DNA from: Candidatus Hydrogenedentota bacterium
GTDB lineage: Bacteria > Hydrogenedentota > Hydrogenedentia > Hydrogenedentales > JAEUWI01
Length of the DNA stretch: 64,000 nt
Direction: 5' to 3'
NCBI GenBank assembly: GCA_034669905.1
Contig: JAXMOL010000035.1
Location: 1-64,000, forward strand
Below, piece after piece: positions 47,263 through 59,001 of this stretch (position 1 is the first letter of the stretch; each line of letters opens with the position of its first letter). The position numbers and the translations under genes are program-made. Below the pieces are notes generated by a model. That model ran no database searches and had not been told where the DNA came from. It saw only the letters and a program-made list of their open reading frames with translations.

Positions 47263-50200
47263 TTGGCCAAATATATAGCTACGACTGGTGAACGATTTGA
47301 CGCGCTGGCCATCCGAATGGCTTCCCCAGAGGAGATCCTCAAGTGGTCTCGTGGTGAGGTTAAAAAGCCGGAAACCATCAACTATCGAACCTTCAAGCCC
47401 GAAAAAGACGGCTTGTTCTGCGAACGTATCTTCGGTCCGGTAAAGGACTGGGAATGCGGTTGCGGTAAATACAAAAAAGTAAAACACCGCGGTATCACCT
47501 GTGATCGTTGCGGTGTGGAAATCACCGAATCCAAGGTGCGTCGTGAGCGCATGGGCAGCATCAAGCTGGCCGTGCCGGTTACGCACATCTGGTTCTTCAA
47601 GACGACGCCGAGCTGCATCGGCAACCTGCTGGATCTGTCCATTCGGGCACTGGAGCGGGTGATCTATTTCGAGAACTACGTGGTCATCGATCCCGGTGAT
47701 ACGGGCCTCGATAAGATGCAGACCCTGACGGAAGATCAGTATCAGGATGCGCGGTCGGAATACGGAGACCGTTTCATCGCCAAGATGGGTGCCGAAGGTG
47801 TCCAGCAGTTGCTGGAAGAGATCGACGTGGACGTGCTCAGCGAAGAGCTGCATGCTCAGTTTGCAAGCACGACCTCGGCCCAGGGCCGCGCCAAGGCCAT
47901 TAAGCGCCTCAAGGTGGTGGAAGCCCTCCGTAAGTCGGGCAACAACCCCGCCTGGATGGTGCTGGATGTCATTCCGGTTATTCCGCCGGACCTGCGTCCC
48001 CTGGTACCCCTGGAAGGCGGTCGTTACGCCACCAGTGACCTTAACGACCTTTACCGTCGTGTGATCAACCGGAACAACCGTCTGAAGCGCCTGATTGACC
48101 TGCGCGCGCCGGAAGTCATCCTGCGTAACGAAAAGCGCATGCTTCAGGAAGCGGTCGACGCCCTTTTCGACAACGGCCGTCATGGTCGTACCGTGTTGGG
48201 TGCCGGCAACCGTCCCCTCAAGTCCCTCAGTGACATGCTGAAGGGTAAGCAGGGCCGATTCCGTCAGAACCTCCTCGGTAAGCGGGTGGACTATTCCGGT
48301 CGTTCCGTTATCGTGGTGGGCCCCGAGCTCAAGCTGCACCAGTGCGGCTTGCCGAAGTACATGGTACTGGAGCTCTTCGAACCCTTCATTATTCACCAGC
48401 TGAAAGAGCGGGGAATTTCCTCGACGATTAAGGCGGCCAAGCGTGCAATTGCGCAGGGCCGCACGGAAGTCTGGGATATTCTGGAAGATGTTATCCAGGA
48501 TCACCCGGTACTGTTGAACCGTGCGCCCACCCTTCACCGACTGGGCATTCAGGCCTTCCAGCCAGTGCTCATCGAAGGTAAGGCCATTCGGGTACACCCC
48601 CTCGTATGTCGTGCGTTCAACGCCGACTTCGATGGTGACCAGATGGCCGTGCACGTGCCGCTGATGCCGGCCGCCCAGTTGGAAGCCCATCTGCTGATGA
48701 TGTCTTCCTCCAACATCTTCTCGCCGTCGGATGGCTCCCCCATCGTGACGCCATCGCAGGATATCGTTCTCGGTATCGCATGGCTGACCCGGATCCGTCC
48801 GGGCGCCAAGGGCGAGTGGAAGGCCGAGTGGACGTCTGAAGACGGCAAGCTGCTCCAGCCGGGCAAGGTATTCATGGATTCGGCGTCGGTGGTGCTGGCC
48901 CACGAAATGGGTCAGGTCGACACGCACGCCGCGATCAAGGTGGATACGGCAGACGGTATCGTAGATACGTCGGTTGGCCGGGTGTTGCTCTGCGAAGGGT
49001 TGCCCGATGAAATCACCATCCAGGACGTGAACAAAGAGCAGGATCAGGGCAGCATTGGCGACATCATTGCCGCCTGCTATAACAAGCATGGTCATAAGAA
49101 GACTTTTGAGCTGCTTGACGACCTGAAGCGTACGGGTTTCAAATACGCCACCCTCTCCGGGGTATCCGTGGCCATCGTGGACATGGTAATTCCGGAAGAG
49201 AAGACGGCCCTCATCGAGAAGGCCCAGGCGGAAGTGGAACGTATCGACGATATGTATCAGAACGGTCTCATTACCGAGGGCGAACGGTACAACAAGATCA
49301 TCGACGAATGGACCACCACGACGGAAGAAGTGTCGACCGTCATGTTGAAGCAGATGGAAGAGAACGAACAGGGTTTCAGCGGTATTCACCTGATGTACCG
49401 TTCCAAAGCCCGTGGTAGTAAGTCTCAGATTCGTCAGCTGGCTGCCATGCGTGGTCTGATGGCCAAGCCGTCAGGCGATATTATTGAATCCCCCATCACG
49501 TCTAACTTCCGTGAAGGTCTGACCGTGGTGGAATACTTCATCTCCTCCCACGGTGCCCGTAAGGGACTGGCCGATACGGCCCTTAAGACGGCGGACGCCG
49601 GGTATCTCACCCGCCGTCTGGTCGACGTGGCCCAGGACGTGAGCATCGAAGAGGAAGATTGCGGTACGCTGAATGGTGTGTGGATGGAGCCGTTGATGGA
49701 TGGCTCCGACATTATCGCGCCGTTGGATGAGCGTATTGTGGGTCGTTTCCCCCTTGACGACGTGCGGATTCCCGGACGGGACGAGCCCCTGGCCTACGCG
49801 GACCAGGAGATCACGCAGGAAATCGCCGAGTCGATCATTGCGGTGGGTCTGCCGGGCATCATGATCCGTTCGGTGCTGACCTGTCAGTCCAAACGGGGCG
49901 TATGCTCGTACTGCTACGGCCGTAACCTCGCGACCGGCAAGGTCGTTGAGATGGGCGAAGCCGTGGGTATCATCGCGGCCCAGTCCATCGGTGAACCGGG
50001 CACCCAGCTGACCATGCGTACCTTCCACATTGGTGGTGCGGCCAGTCGTCAGGTGGAGAGCACGGAAATCAAGATGAGCGATAACGGTACGGTCGAGTTT
50101 AACAACGTCCGTACCGCCGTCAACCGCGAAGGCAAGACCGTGGTGGTAAACCGCGGTGGTGAAGTTCGCCTCGTGGGTAATGACAAGAAAGAAATCCACC

Positions 50201-51378
50201 GTTTCGCCATGCCGACCGGTTGCGTACTGCACGCCGAAGACGGGCAGAAGCTGCGTAAGGGTCAGGTGATTTATCAGTGGGACCCCTACAATATCTCCAT
50301 CATGGCCGAGCAATCCGGTCGTGTGAAGCTGGATGGTATGGTAGAAGGCGTGACGGTGCGCGTCGACGTCAACCCGGATACGGGGCTGGAAGAACGCGTT
50401 ATCACGGAACACAAGCAGGACCTTCACCCGCAGATTACGATTCTGAGCCCCGAAGGCGAAGTCTTGTCCTTTGCGACGATTCCTGCCGAAACCCACGTGG
50501 TGGTGTCGGATGGCGACCAGTTGCTTGCCGGTGACTTGTTGGCCAAGACCCCCCGTCAGTTCAGCAAGACGAAAGACATCACCGGTGGTCTGCCCCGTGT
50601 TGCCGAGCTTTTCGAAGCCCGTCAGCCCAAGTCCCCGGCCGTTATCAGTCACATTGACGGTATGGTCGAGTTGGGTGGTGCCTCCAAGGGTATGCGTAAG
50701 GTCAAGGTGTTGCCGCCGGTTGGTAAGGAACGGGAATACACGATTCCGCCGGGCAAGCACCTTAACGTGCAGACCGGTGACCGGGTATATGCCGGACAGC
50801 GCCTGACTGACGGTCCGATTATCCCGCAGGATATCCTGGCCGTTCAGGGTGAAGACGCGCTTCGCCGCTACCTCCTCGACGAGGTGCAGCAGGTGTATCG
50901 TCTTCAGGGTGTGCGGACCAACGATAAGCACATCGAAGTAATTATTCGCCAGATGCTGCGTAAGGTTCGGATTAAAGACGATCCGGGTGATACGTCCTTC
51001 CTGGCCCACCAGGAAGTGGACAAGATCCGCTTTGCCGAGGTCAACGAGCAGACGCAGCGGCGTGACGGACGTCCGGCGGAAGCGGAGCCGGTGCTGCAGG
51101 GTATTACCAAGGCAGCGCTGAGCACCGAGAGCTTTATCGCGGCGGCTTCTTTCCAGCAGACGACCCGTGTGTTGACGGAAGCGGCGTTGAGTGGCAAGCG
51201 GGACGAGCTTTCCGGCCTGAAGGAAAACGTGATCATTGGTCACCTGATTCCGGCCGGTACGGGCAGCCCCCACTACCAGGATACGCACCCGATGCGGAAA
51301 GACAAGGCGCTGGGCGATTTCTCCGACGAGCTCGAGATCGAGTCCTTCGACGAAGCCGCGAGCGAGGAGCCGGTATAG
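47263..51378 (+). CDS. rpoC: RNA polymerase beta-prime subunit
   Basis: TTG start after GGAGGA; both Zn sites, NADFDGD and TMRTFHIGG followed by an SI3-type insertion. Confidence 0.99.
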   Translation: MAKYIATTGERFDALAIRMASPEEILKWSRGEVKKPETINYRTFKPEKDGLFCERIFGPVKDWECGCGKYKKVKHRGITCDRCGVEITESKVRRERMGSIKLAVPVTHIWFFKTTPSCIGNLLDLSIRALERVIYFENYVVIDPGDTGLDKMQTLTEDQYQDARSEYGDRFIAKMGAEGVQQLLEEIDVDVLSEELHAQFASTTSAQGRAKAIKRLKVVEALRKSGNNPAWMVLDVIPVIPPDLRPLVPLEGGRYATSDLNDLYRRVINRNNRLKRLIDLRAPEVILRNEKRMLQEAVDALFDNGRHGRTVLGAGNRPLKSLSDMLKGKQGRFRQNLLGKRVDYSGRSVIVVGPELKLHQCGLPKYMVLELFEPFIIHQLKERGISSTIKAAKRAIAQGRTEVWDILEDVIQDHPVLLNRAPTLHRLGIQAFQPVLIEGKAIRVHPLVCRAFNADFDGDQMAVHVPLMPAAQLEAHLLMMSSSNIFSPSDGSPIVTPSQDIVLGIAWLTRIRPGAKGEWKAEWTSEDGKLLQPGKVFMDSASVVLAHEMGQVDTHAAIKVDTADGIVDTSVGRVLLCEGLPDEITIQDVNKEQDQGSIGDIIAACYNKHGHKKTFELLDDLKRTGFKYATLSGVSVAIVDMVIPEEKTALIEKAQAEVERIDDMYQNGLITEGERYNKIIDEWTTTTEEVSTVMLKQMEENEQGFSGIHLMYRSKARGSKSQIRQLAAMRGLMAKPSGDIIESPITSNFREGLTVVEYFISSHGARKGLADTALKTADAGYLTRRLVDVAQDVSIEEEDCGTLNGVWMEPLMDGSDIIAPLDERIVGRFPLDDVRIPGRDEPLAYADQEITQEIAESIIAVGLPGIMIRSVLTCQSKRGVCSYCYGRNLATGKVVEMGEAVGIIAAQSIGEPGTQLTMRTFHIGGAASRQVESTEIKMSDNGTVEFNNVRTAVNREGKTVVVNRGGEVRLVGNDKKEIHRFAMPTGCVLHAEDGQKLRKGQVIYQWDPYNISIMAEQSGRVKLDGMVEGVTVRVDVNPDTGLEERVITEHKQDLHPQITILSPEGEVLSFATIPAETHVVVSDGDQLLAGDLLAKTPRQFSKTKDITGGLPRVAELFEARQPKSPAVISHIDGMVELGGASKGMRKVKVLPPVGKEREYTIPPGKHLNVQTGDRVYAGQRLTDGPIIPQDILAVQGEDALRRYLLDEVQQVYRLQGVRTNDKHIEVIIRQMLRKVRIKDDPGDTSFLAHQEVDKIRFAEVNEQTQRRDGRPAEAEPVLQGITKAALSTESFIAAASFQQTTRVLTEAALSGKRDELSGLKENVIIGHLIPAGTGSPHYQDTHPMRKDKALGDFSDELEIESFDEAASEEPV

Positions 51379-51416
51379 GCCTCGTGCCCGTATCGAGACC
51401 ATAATGATGCCAATAT

Positions 51417-51444
51417 GGGGTGGCCCGCAGATGCGGGCCGCCCC
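51417..51444 (+). terminator. GC-rich hairpin after rpoC, possible terminator
   Basis: ggggtggcccgca/tgcgggccgcccc stem with a weak U-tract. Confidence 0.45.
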
Positions 51445-51541
51445 TTGGCGTGTGCTGCAGACCATTGGCGGGCACCCCCTGCCTGTGCTATGCTTTCCGG
51501 TGTTTGTGATTGAACCCCAAGTCAACAGGTGGGATTACACT

Positions 51542-52498
51542 ATGCTTCTGCGAATGCGAATTTGGGCTGGATTGCTGTTGGCCTTGGCCCCGGTCCTGGG
51601 GACGTCCGCCGAGACCGTGGATGCCATCGTGGCCACGGTGGATACGGAAGTTATTCTCCGCAGTGACATCATGGCGGAGATCCGCCCGGTCCTGGCTGGT
51701 ATGACCGCTTCCGAAGTAGAATCGGAAGGAGAGGCGGTCTTTGACGAGGCCCTCGAGCAGGCCATCGAGCAGAAGATTCTCTATCGCGAAGGTATCCTGA
51801 ACGACATCAAGATTACCGATGAGCAGGTGGAAGAGCGGATCAAGGGTATTCGGGAGCGCTATGCGTCGGAAGAGGCCTTCCTCGATGCACTCCGGGATGC
51901 CGGTGAAACGATGAGTGACTTCCGGGAACGTATCCGCAAGCAGACCATCGCCCTTTCCATGGGCCTCAGCAAGCGGCGCTATCTGGAGCGGGATGCCGTC
52001 ATTTCCGAGGCGGAACTGGCGCAGTATTATCAAGACAACGAAGACCGCTTCCAGAAGCCCGAGCGCGTCAAGCTCTATCGTATTTTCCTGCGGACAGACG
52101 GCACGGAAGCCGGGCGTGCCAAAACGCTCGCCCGTCTCGAAACCTTGCGGGAAGAGCTCGCCCTGGGTGCGGATTTCAGCGCCCTGGCCAAGGAGCACTC
52201 GGAAGGACCTTTCGCGGCAGAAGGTGGGTTCGCCGGGTGGATTGAGCGGGGCGACTTGCAGCAGCAGCTGGAAGAAGTTACCTTTGGTCTCAATGCCGGG
52301 GACGTGAGCCCCATCATCGAAACGGAAACGGGTATGATGCTGTTGTTGGCGGCGGAGAAGGTGGAGGCGGGATTGGCCAGCTTTGACGAGGCCCGCACGG
52401 AAATTGAGCCGATTCTTCGCGAAGATTACGGCACCGAACGCTACAAACGATGGATGGCCGAGTTGCGAAAACGAAGCCGTGTCCGCACGTACCAGTAG
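51542..52498 (+). CDS. SurA/PpiC-type peptidyl-prolyl isomerase chaperone
   Basis: Signal peptide, VDAIVATVDTEVIL and parvulin motif DFSALAKEHS...EGG. Confidence 0.85.
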   Translation: MLLRMRIWAGLLLALAPVLGTSAETVDAIVATVDTEVILRSDIMAEIRPVLAGMTASEVESEGEAVFDEALEQAIEQKILYREGILNDIKITDEQVEERIKGIRERYASEEAFLDALRDAGETMSDFRERIRKQTIALSMGLSKRRYLERDAVISEAELAQYYQDNEDRFQKPERVKLYRIFLRTDGTEAGRAKTLARLETLREELALGADFSALAKEHSEGPFAAEGGFAGWIERGDLQQQLEEVTFGLNAGDVSPIIETETGMMLLLAAEKVEAGLASFDEARTEIEPILREDYGTERYKRWMAELRKRSRVRTYQ

Positions 52499-52520
52499 AG
52501 ACCGGGGCTTGTCCCCTGGG

Positions 52521-53309
52521 ATGTCGGCGGGTGAACGCCCTGCCTCCCTCCTGCCGGTAGTGCCTGGAAACCTTGTACTACGGGCGTGCCGGATGACATT
52601 CTGGGTGCTCTATGACCATCTGGGCCATTTTATCGTGCTGAACCTGCTGACGGTGGTGTTGGTGATGGCGCTGGGATTGCTCTTCGACGGCCTTGGATGG
52701 TCGCCCATCCTGATGGTGGGGCCGGTCGTACTCTTGCTGTTTGTGCTGTCCGGCGGTCAGGGCCACCTTGTGAATACGCTATTGTCCGGTCAGCCCTTCG
52801 ACTATCGAACGTTTTTAACAGGCCTTCGCCGATTCGGCGTGCCCCTGGCCTTGTCTGGCCTGGCGGTGGGCGGGGCCATCGCGCTCTGCGGTCTGGGTGT
52901 TTATTTTTATGGGGCCGTGCTTGCGGTCCGCGCGCCTTGGGTCGGCCTGGCATTGGCCCAGCTCTGTGCGTGCACGGGGGTGGGACTCGCCATGGTCGCC
53001 TTTCATGTGGTCCCGGCGGTGCTGGCCCACCACGGTGCCCTGTGGCCCGCGTGGCGCAGCAGTGTGAAGATTGTGCTGCGGCACCCCGTGGGGAGCACGG
53101 TATTGTTGATGGCGGCCTTGTTGGCGGTGGTTGTGGCCGTGACGCCACCCGGTTTTGTGTTGTTGTCAACGCTCCCGCTGGTGACACTGGCGTGTTGCGC
53201 GTATGAACTGTATGCGCGTGCTTATGCCGCGACCGAGACCGTCTGTGATGAAGCAGACGAATATCTAAATCGTGGGTTCAGAGATTTTCTGTGCCCCTGG
53301 AAGGAATAG
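52521..53309 (+). CDS. Membrane protein, possibly DUF624-like
   Basis: YDHLGHFIVLNLL, about six TM segments, C-terminal RGFRDFLCPW. Start uncertain. Confidence 0.6.
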   Translation: MSAGERPASLLPVVPGNLVLRACRMTFWVLYDHLGHFIVLNLLTVVLVMALGLLFDGLGWSPILMVGPVVLLLFVLSGGQGHLVNTLLSGQPFDYRTFLTGLRRFGVPLALSGLAVGGAIALCGLGVYFYGAVLAVRAPWVGLALAQLCACTGVGLAMVAFHVVPAVLAHHGALWPAWRSSVKIVLRHPVGSTVLLMAALLAVVVAVTPPGFVLLSTLPLVTLACCAYELYARAYAATETVCDEADEYLNRGFRDFLCPWKE

Positions 53310-54662
<1,353 letters not shown>

Positions 54663-54686
54663 CAGGAGTCCGCGGGGCATGTTTAC

Positions 54687-54995
54687 ATGCCCGATGCTAT
54701 GAAACGCACGGAACAGACATGGTATTGGCTGACGCTGGCGCTGGTAACAGCGCTGGCGTTGGCCTATGTTCTTAAACGGGACCTTCAGGGCCGCTATGCC
54801 GATTATCGCCGCACAGTGGAGACGGTGGAGGTGCAGCGGGACGAGGTGGCGCGTTTGCGGGAGACGGTGGCCAATGAGGAGGCCCGTGCCCACGGGATGG
54901 ATCAAAATCCGGTGGAGCAAGAGGCGACGATTCGTCGCGTGAAACGATTGGTGCGCGAAGGAGAGATTATCTTTCGCGTTGAAGAGCGCCGTTAA
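54687..54995 (+). CDS. ftsB: Septum formation initiator FtsB/DivIC family protein
   Basis: TM plus coiled coil and C-terminal LVREGEIIF; directly downstream of eno. Confidence 0.72.
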   Translation: MPDAMKRTEQTWYWLTLALVTALALAYVLKRDLQGRYADYRRTVETVEVQRDEVARLRETVANEEARAHGMDQNPVEQEATIRRVKRLVREGEIIFRVEERR

Positions 54996-55052
54996 CCGGC
55001 CACCCGTAGTCAGTGGGAAGCGCTGCGGACTACCCATAGGAATATAGTTCTT

Positions 55053-56024
55053 CTGAGTCATGAAATTCAGCTAGAGAACCAGGAAGAAGCCCTTAAGCTC
55101 CTGGGTCAAAATGGCGAACTCCGCAAACACCTTCAGGACGCCATGCAAGTGCGTATCGTGGATCGTGGTGCCAATGTGGCCATCATAGGCGAGGACAAGA
55201 ACGCCCGCTTTATCGCTGGACTCTTGAGCGAGTTGCTGGTATCGGTACGCCGTGGCCACACGCCGACGGTGGAGGAAATACGGGGCATCCTGGAAAACGC
55301 GACGCCGACAGACGACGCGCCCAAGCTGTTTGATTCGACCCGCACGCCGAGCGTCATCCGCCGTGATCTGCGGGTGCGCCCCCGCACGTCGGGGCAGGAA
55401 GACTACCTGGCCGCCATCGAAGCCCACGAAATGACCTTCGTGATCGGACCGGCGGGCACGGGTAAGACCTACCTCGCCATGGCCGCAGCCCTCTCGGCCC
55501 TGCTGAGCAAGCGGGTGCAGCGGCTGATTCTGACGCGGCCGGCCGTGGAAGCCGGTGAGAGTCTGGGCTTCTTGCCCGGCGATCTGGAAGAAAAGATCAG
55601 CCCCTACCTGCGGCCCCTCTATGACGCCCTCTATTCGATGGCGGATATGGAGCAGATACGGCGGTTGGTGGAAGAAGAGCGCATTGAAGTGGCCCCCCTG
55701 GCCTTCATGCGGGGCCGTACGTTGGACCAGGCCTATGTGGTGCTGGATGAGGCGCAGAACACGACCACCGAGCAGATGATGATGTTTCTGACCCGTCTGG
55801 GCCAGGGCTCCCGGGCCATCATCACGGGCGATGTGACCCAGTGTGATCTGCCCCGGGGCACCCGCTCCGGCCTTGCTGAGGCCTCCCGCATCCTGAAACA
55901 GGTACCCGAAATCGGGATGGTCCATCTCAACAAGAAAGACATTGTGCGCAATCCCATCGTGCAGCGTATTATCGACGCGTATGATGAGGACAAGGCCCGT
56001 CTCGAGACGGTTGTAGACGGCTGA
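55053..56024 (+). CDS. phoH: PhoH-like ATPase with N-terminal KH-like region
   Basis: GPAGTGKT, GFLPG, LAFMRGRT, DEAQN and GDVTQCDL. The frame is open upstream of ATG 55143; the CTG 55053 start is inferred. Confidence 0.9.
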   Translation: MSHEIQLENQEEALKLLGQNGELRKHLQDAMQVRIVDRGANVAIIGEDKNARFIAGLLSELLVSVRRGHTPTVEEIRGILENATPTDDAPKLFDSTRTPSVIRRDLRVRPRTSGQEDYLAAIEAHEMTFVIGPAGTGKTYLAMAAALSALLSKRVQRLILTRPAVEAGESLGFLPGDLEEKISPYLRPLYDALYSMADMEQIRRLVEEERIEVAPLAFMRGRTLDQAYVVLDEAQNTTTEQMMMFLTRLGQGSRAIITGDVTQCDLPRGTRSGLAEASRILKQVPEIGMVHLNKKDIVRNPIVQRIIDAYDEDKARLETVVDG

Positions 56025-58510
56025 TGCGGGGGCGTTCGTCCCATAAGAAGGGCCGTCCGGGGCTGTTTGGTCCGCGACTCAGCGGTCGTGCTGCCGTCAG
56101 TCGGAAAGCGCGGCTCATCCACCGTACGGCCATCGCTACGGCGTTTCTGGTCATGGTGATCTGCATTACCCGCACCTCCCACCGGGACCCCGTCCTCGAT
56201 GTGCTGGAGAGCGAGATCGACACCCAGCTCTCCAGCCGGGAAATCCGCGCGGCCTTCGATTTTGAGACCGTTGATCTGGAGCTGACCCAACGCGCCCAGG
56301 AAGCGGCCGAAAGTGCGGTGCCCGATTTTTACCGGGTCGACAGCCAGCGGGTGGCCCAGCAGTTGGCGGCCCTGGATGAGCAAATCGCCTGGATCGAAGC
56401 CCAGCGTCCGGCTGTCAGCGCCATGATCATGAATACGCTGGCCACGCTGACGACCCCCGAAGCGGTGGACGATACGGTGACCAAGGCGGTGCATCAGTTT
56501 GCCAAGGGGCTGCTCAGTGGGGAAGACACCAAGACGGTGTTGGATGAGCACGTGCTGGCCAATTGGCTCATGCCCGACAAATCCTCCCTCCCCGCCGTGG
56601 TCGTGGAAGCGGGTACCGCCTCCGATGAGTTGTCTGAATCGGTGCCCACGGTGCGGCTCGTACCCGACAGTCCTGAGGCCCTGACCTACCAACAGAGCGA
56701 TCAACTGGCCCAACTGACCCGAAAGGGGCTTGAGGCCGTGTTGCGGGTAGGGATTCGTCAACAGACCCTGTTACCCCAGGATCGCAGCCGAACCATCGCC
56801 CTGTTGCGGGATGCACCGGATACGGAGGGGGAACTCTCCACCGAAACGCGCTATGACGAAGTGATGGACCCCATCGGGGCCCGGGACTATCTGGACACGT
56901 GGCTCCTGGCCGAGGCGGAAAAGCTTGCTGCCGCCGAATCGGCGAATGCCCTGGTCGATCGGGCCTCCCCCGTCGCGGCGGCCTTCATTACCGACACGCT
57001 GCGTTTTGACAGTGTGGAAACCGATGGGGCCCGCGCGCGGGTTCGCTCGGCGGTGGAGCCGGTGTTGAAACACATTCTGGCCTCCGAAAAGATTCAGGAT
57101 GGCGGCAGTCGCTGGACTGCCCAGACCCGTTCCGATGCGCGGACCTACCTGGGGCTTATCCGGGGCGAGACCCACCCGCTGGCCCGCCTCATCAGTGCGG
57201 GTATCGCCCACGCGATTCTCGTGGGCCTGGTGATGCTTTGCCTCTACCGCTCTATTGGCCTGTTTCGCGGAGAACGGACGGCCGATGGGCGAACCCTTTT
57301 CCAGCTGGCCCTGTTGTTGATGTGTGGGCTGTTGATTCTGAGCCGCGTGGCCCTCTATTTCGAGCCTACCGGCTTTCTGGTGCCGGTGGCCGCCTGTGGG
57401 ATTCTTTACGCCATTCTGGTCAACGTAGGCCTCGCGGCGGTGGTGAGTATTCTCACGGCGACGCTGGTTTCGGCCCAGTATGGCTACGACTGGCGTCTCT
57501 TGACCGTCGGTACGGCCATGTCGATGGCCGGGGTCTTCAGTATTTTCCGGGTACGTCGACGAAGTGACATGGCGGGAGCTTCCATTACGGCCACGTTGGT
57601 CGGTGTCATTATGATGGTGGCGGTGATTCTGGCGACCGATTCCCTGGTAGACGAAGCGACGGCCCGCCGTCTCTTCTTGATTGTATTGAACGGGGTTATC
57701 TGCCTCCTGGCCATTCCCGCCGTGCTTTCGCCCCTGGAACGGCTTTTTGGCATTACGACCGACATCCAGTTGCTGGAGTACTCCGACTTTAACAATGAGT
57801 TGCTCGGACGGCTTGCGGTGGAAGCGCCGGGCACGAGTGCCCACAGCCGCATGCTCGGCGATCTGGCCGAAGCCGCGGCCGACGCCATCGGGGCCAACGG
57901 CCTGCTGGCCCGTGTTTCGGCCCTCTACCACGATATTGGCAAGATGCGCCGTTCGGAGTATTTCTCCGAGAATCAGACGGGCTACAACGTCCACGACGAA
58001 TTGTCGCCCCGGATGAGTGCCCGGGCCATTGCTGCCCACGTCATCCAGGGTGCGGAACTGGCCAGGGAATACCACCTGCCCAAGCCGATTATTGATGGGA
58101 TTCTGGAACACCATGGCACCTGCCTCATCGGATATTTCTATCAGCAGGCCCTGAAAGAGCAGAAGCACGACGACGTTTCCGAAGACGACTTTCGTTATCC
58201 CGGTCCCAAGCCCCAGCGCCCCGAGACGGCCATTCTGATGATTTGCGATGCGGTGGAGTCGGGCGTGCGCTCTATCAAGAATCCCAACGAAGAGCGGGTC
58301 CGTGATTTCGTCGACAAGATTGTGGCGGCCCGATCGGCCGATCGGCAGTTTGATGACTGCAACCTGACCCTGAAACAGCTGGACACCATCGCCGAGGTGG
58401 TCGCCCAGCGCACCCTTTCCAACCTGCACACCCGCGTGGCCTATCCGGCGACCCGGGCGGAGGATGATGTGGATAATATAATTCCCATGGCAGGAAACTC
58501 CGAATCATGA
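56024..58510 (+). CDS. 7TM-HD (HDIG) phosphohydrolase, PgpH-like c-di-AMP phosphodiesterase family
   Basis: Extracellular domain, TM block, EAPGTSAHS, YHDIGK, FSENQ, HHGT and FRYPGPKP. Confidence 0.88.
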   Translation: MRGRSSHKKGRPGLFGPRLSGRAAVSRKARLIHRTAIATAFLVMVICITRTSHRDPVLDVLESEIDTQLSSREIRAAFDFETVDLELTQRAQEAAESAVPDFYRVDSQRVAQQLAALDEQIAWIEAQRPAVSAMIMNTLATLTTPEAVDDTVTKAVHQFAKGLLSGEDTKTVLDEHVLANWLMPDKSSLPAVVVEAGTASDELSESVPTVRLVPDSPEALTYQQSDQLAQLTRKGLEAVLRVGIRQQTLLPQDRSRTIALLRDAPDTEGELSTETRYDEVMDPIGARDYLDTWLLAEAEKLAAAESANALVDRASPVAAAFITDTLRFDSVETDGARARVRSAVEPVLKHILASEKIQDGGSRWTAQTRSDARTYLGLIRGETHPLARLISAGIAHAILVGLVMLCLYRSIGLFRGERTADGRTLFQLALLLMCGLLILSRVALYFEPTGFLVPVAACGILYAILVNVGLAAVVSILTATLVSAQYGYDWRLLTVGTAMSMAGVFSIFRVRRRSDMAGASITATLVGVIMMVAVILATDSLVDEATARRLFLIVLNGVICLLAIPAVLSPLERLFGITTDIQLLEYSDFNNELLGRLAVEAPGTSAHSRMLGDLAEAAADAIGANGLLARVSALYHDIGKMRRSEYFSENQTGYNVHDELSPRMSARAIAAHVIQGAELAREYHLPKPIIDGILEHHGTCLIGYFYQQALKEQKHDDVSEDDFRYPGPKPQRPETAILMICDAVESGVRSIKNPNEERVRDFVDKIVAARSADRQFDDCNLTLKQLDTIAEVVAQRTLSNLHTRVAYPATRAEDDVDNIIPMAGNSES

Positions 58511-58968
58511 TCGAGGTGCGCGTGACGCGGGAATCGCAGGAAACCGGCCTGTTTCGGCGCGATGTGCTGCATCGCCTGGCCACCCGGATTTGCGCGGAGG
58601 AACTGGAAGGTGCAGCGGATGTGGAAGTCAGTGTATTATTCTGCGATGACGAACGTATTCGCACCCTCAACAGGGACTACCGCAATAAGGATGCTGCGAC
58701 CGATGTCCTCTCCTTTGAGCAGCCGGAAGCCCCGGTTCCCGGTCCCCGGCTTCTGGGCGATATCGTCATTTCACTGGAGACGGTGGTGGGCCGCAATGGC
58801 AGCGATCGTGCCGCCATGCGGAATGATGTGCGGCTCCTGTTTTGCCACGGGATGTTACACTTACTCGGATACGATCATGCGACGTCGGAAACCCGTCGTA
58901 TCATGAACGAAAAGCAGGCCCACTACTTGGGCGTGCGGATGGAAGCCGCCTGGCGCACGGACCCGTAA
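58507..58968 (+). CDS. ybeY: rRNA maturation endoribonuclease YbeY
   Basis: LNRDYRNKD, TDVLSF, LGDIVIS and HGMLHLLGYDH. Confidence 0.95.
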   Translation: MIEVRVTRESQETGLFRRDVLHRLATRICAEELEGAADVEVSVLFCDDERIRTLNRDYRNKDAATDVLSFEQPEAPVPGPRLLGDIVISLETVVGRNGSDRAAMRNDVRLLFCHGMLHLLGYDHATSETRRIMNEKQAHYLGVRMEAAWRTDP

Positions 58969-59001
58969 CGCGTTTACGCAGCGGGTCGCAGTGATCAGGA
59001 G

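Noticed and set aside
50040..50580. Large insert in RpoC as a possible intein
   Set aside because: Position and size fit the known trigger-loop SI3 insertion; no intein terminal motifs.
43158..51525. Long minus-strand ORFs (1252, 727 and 684 aa) opposite rpoBC, and similar shadows elsewhere (e.g. 40326-43085, 27178-29211)
   Set aside because: Antisense artefacts of GC3 bias over well-identified genes.
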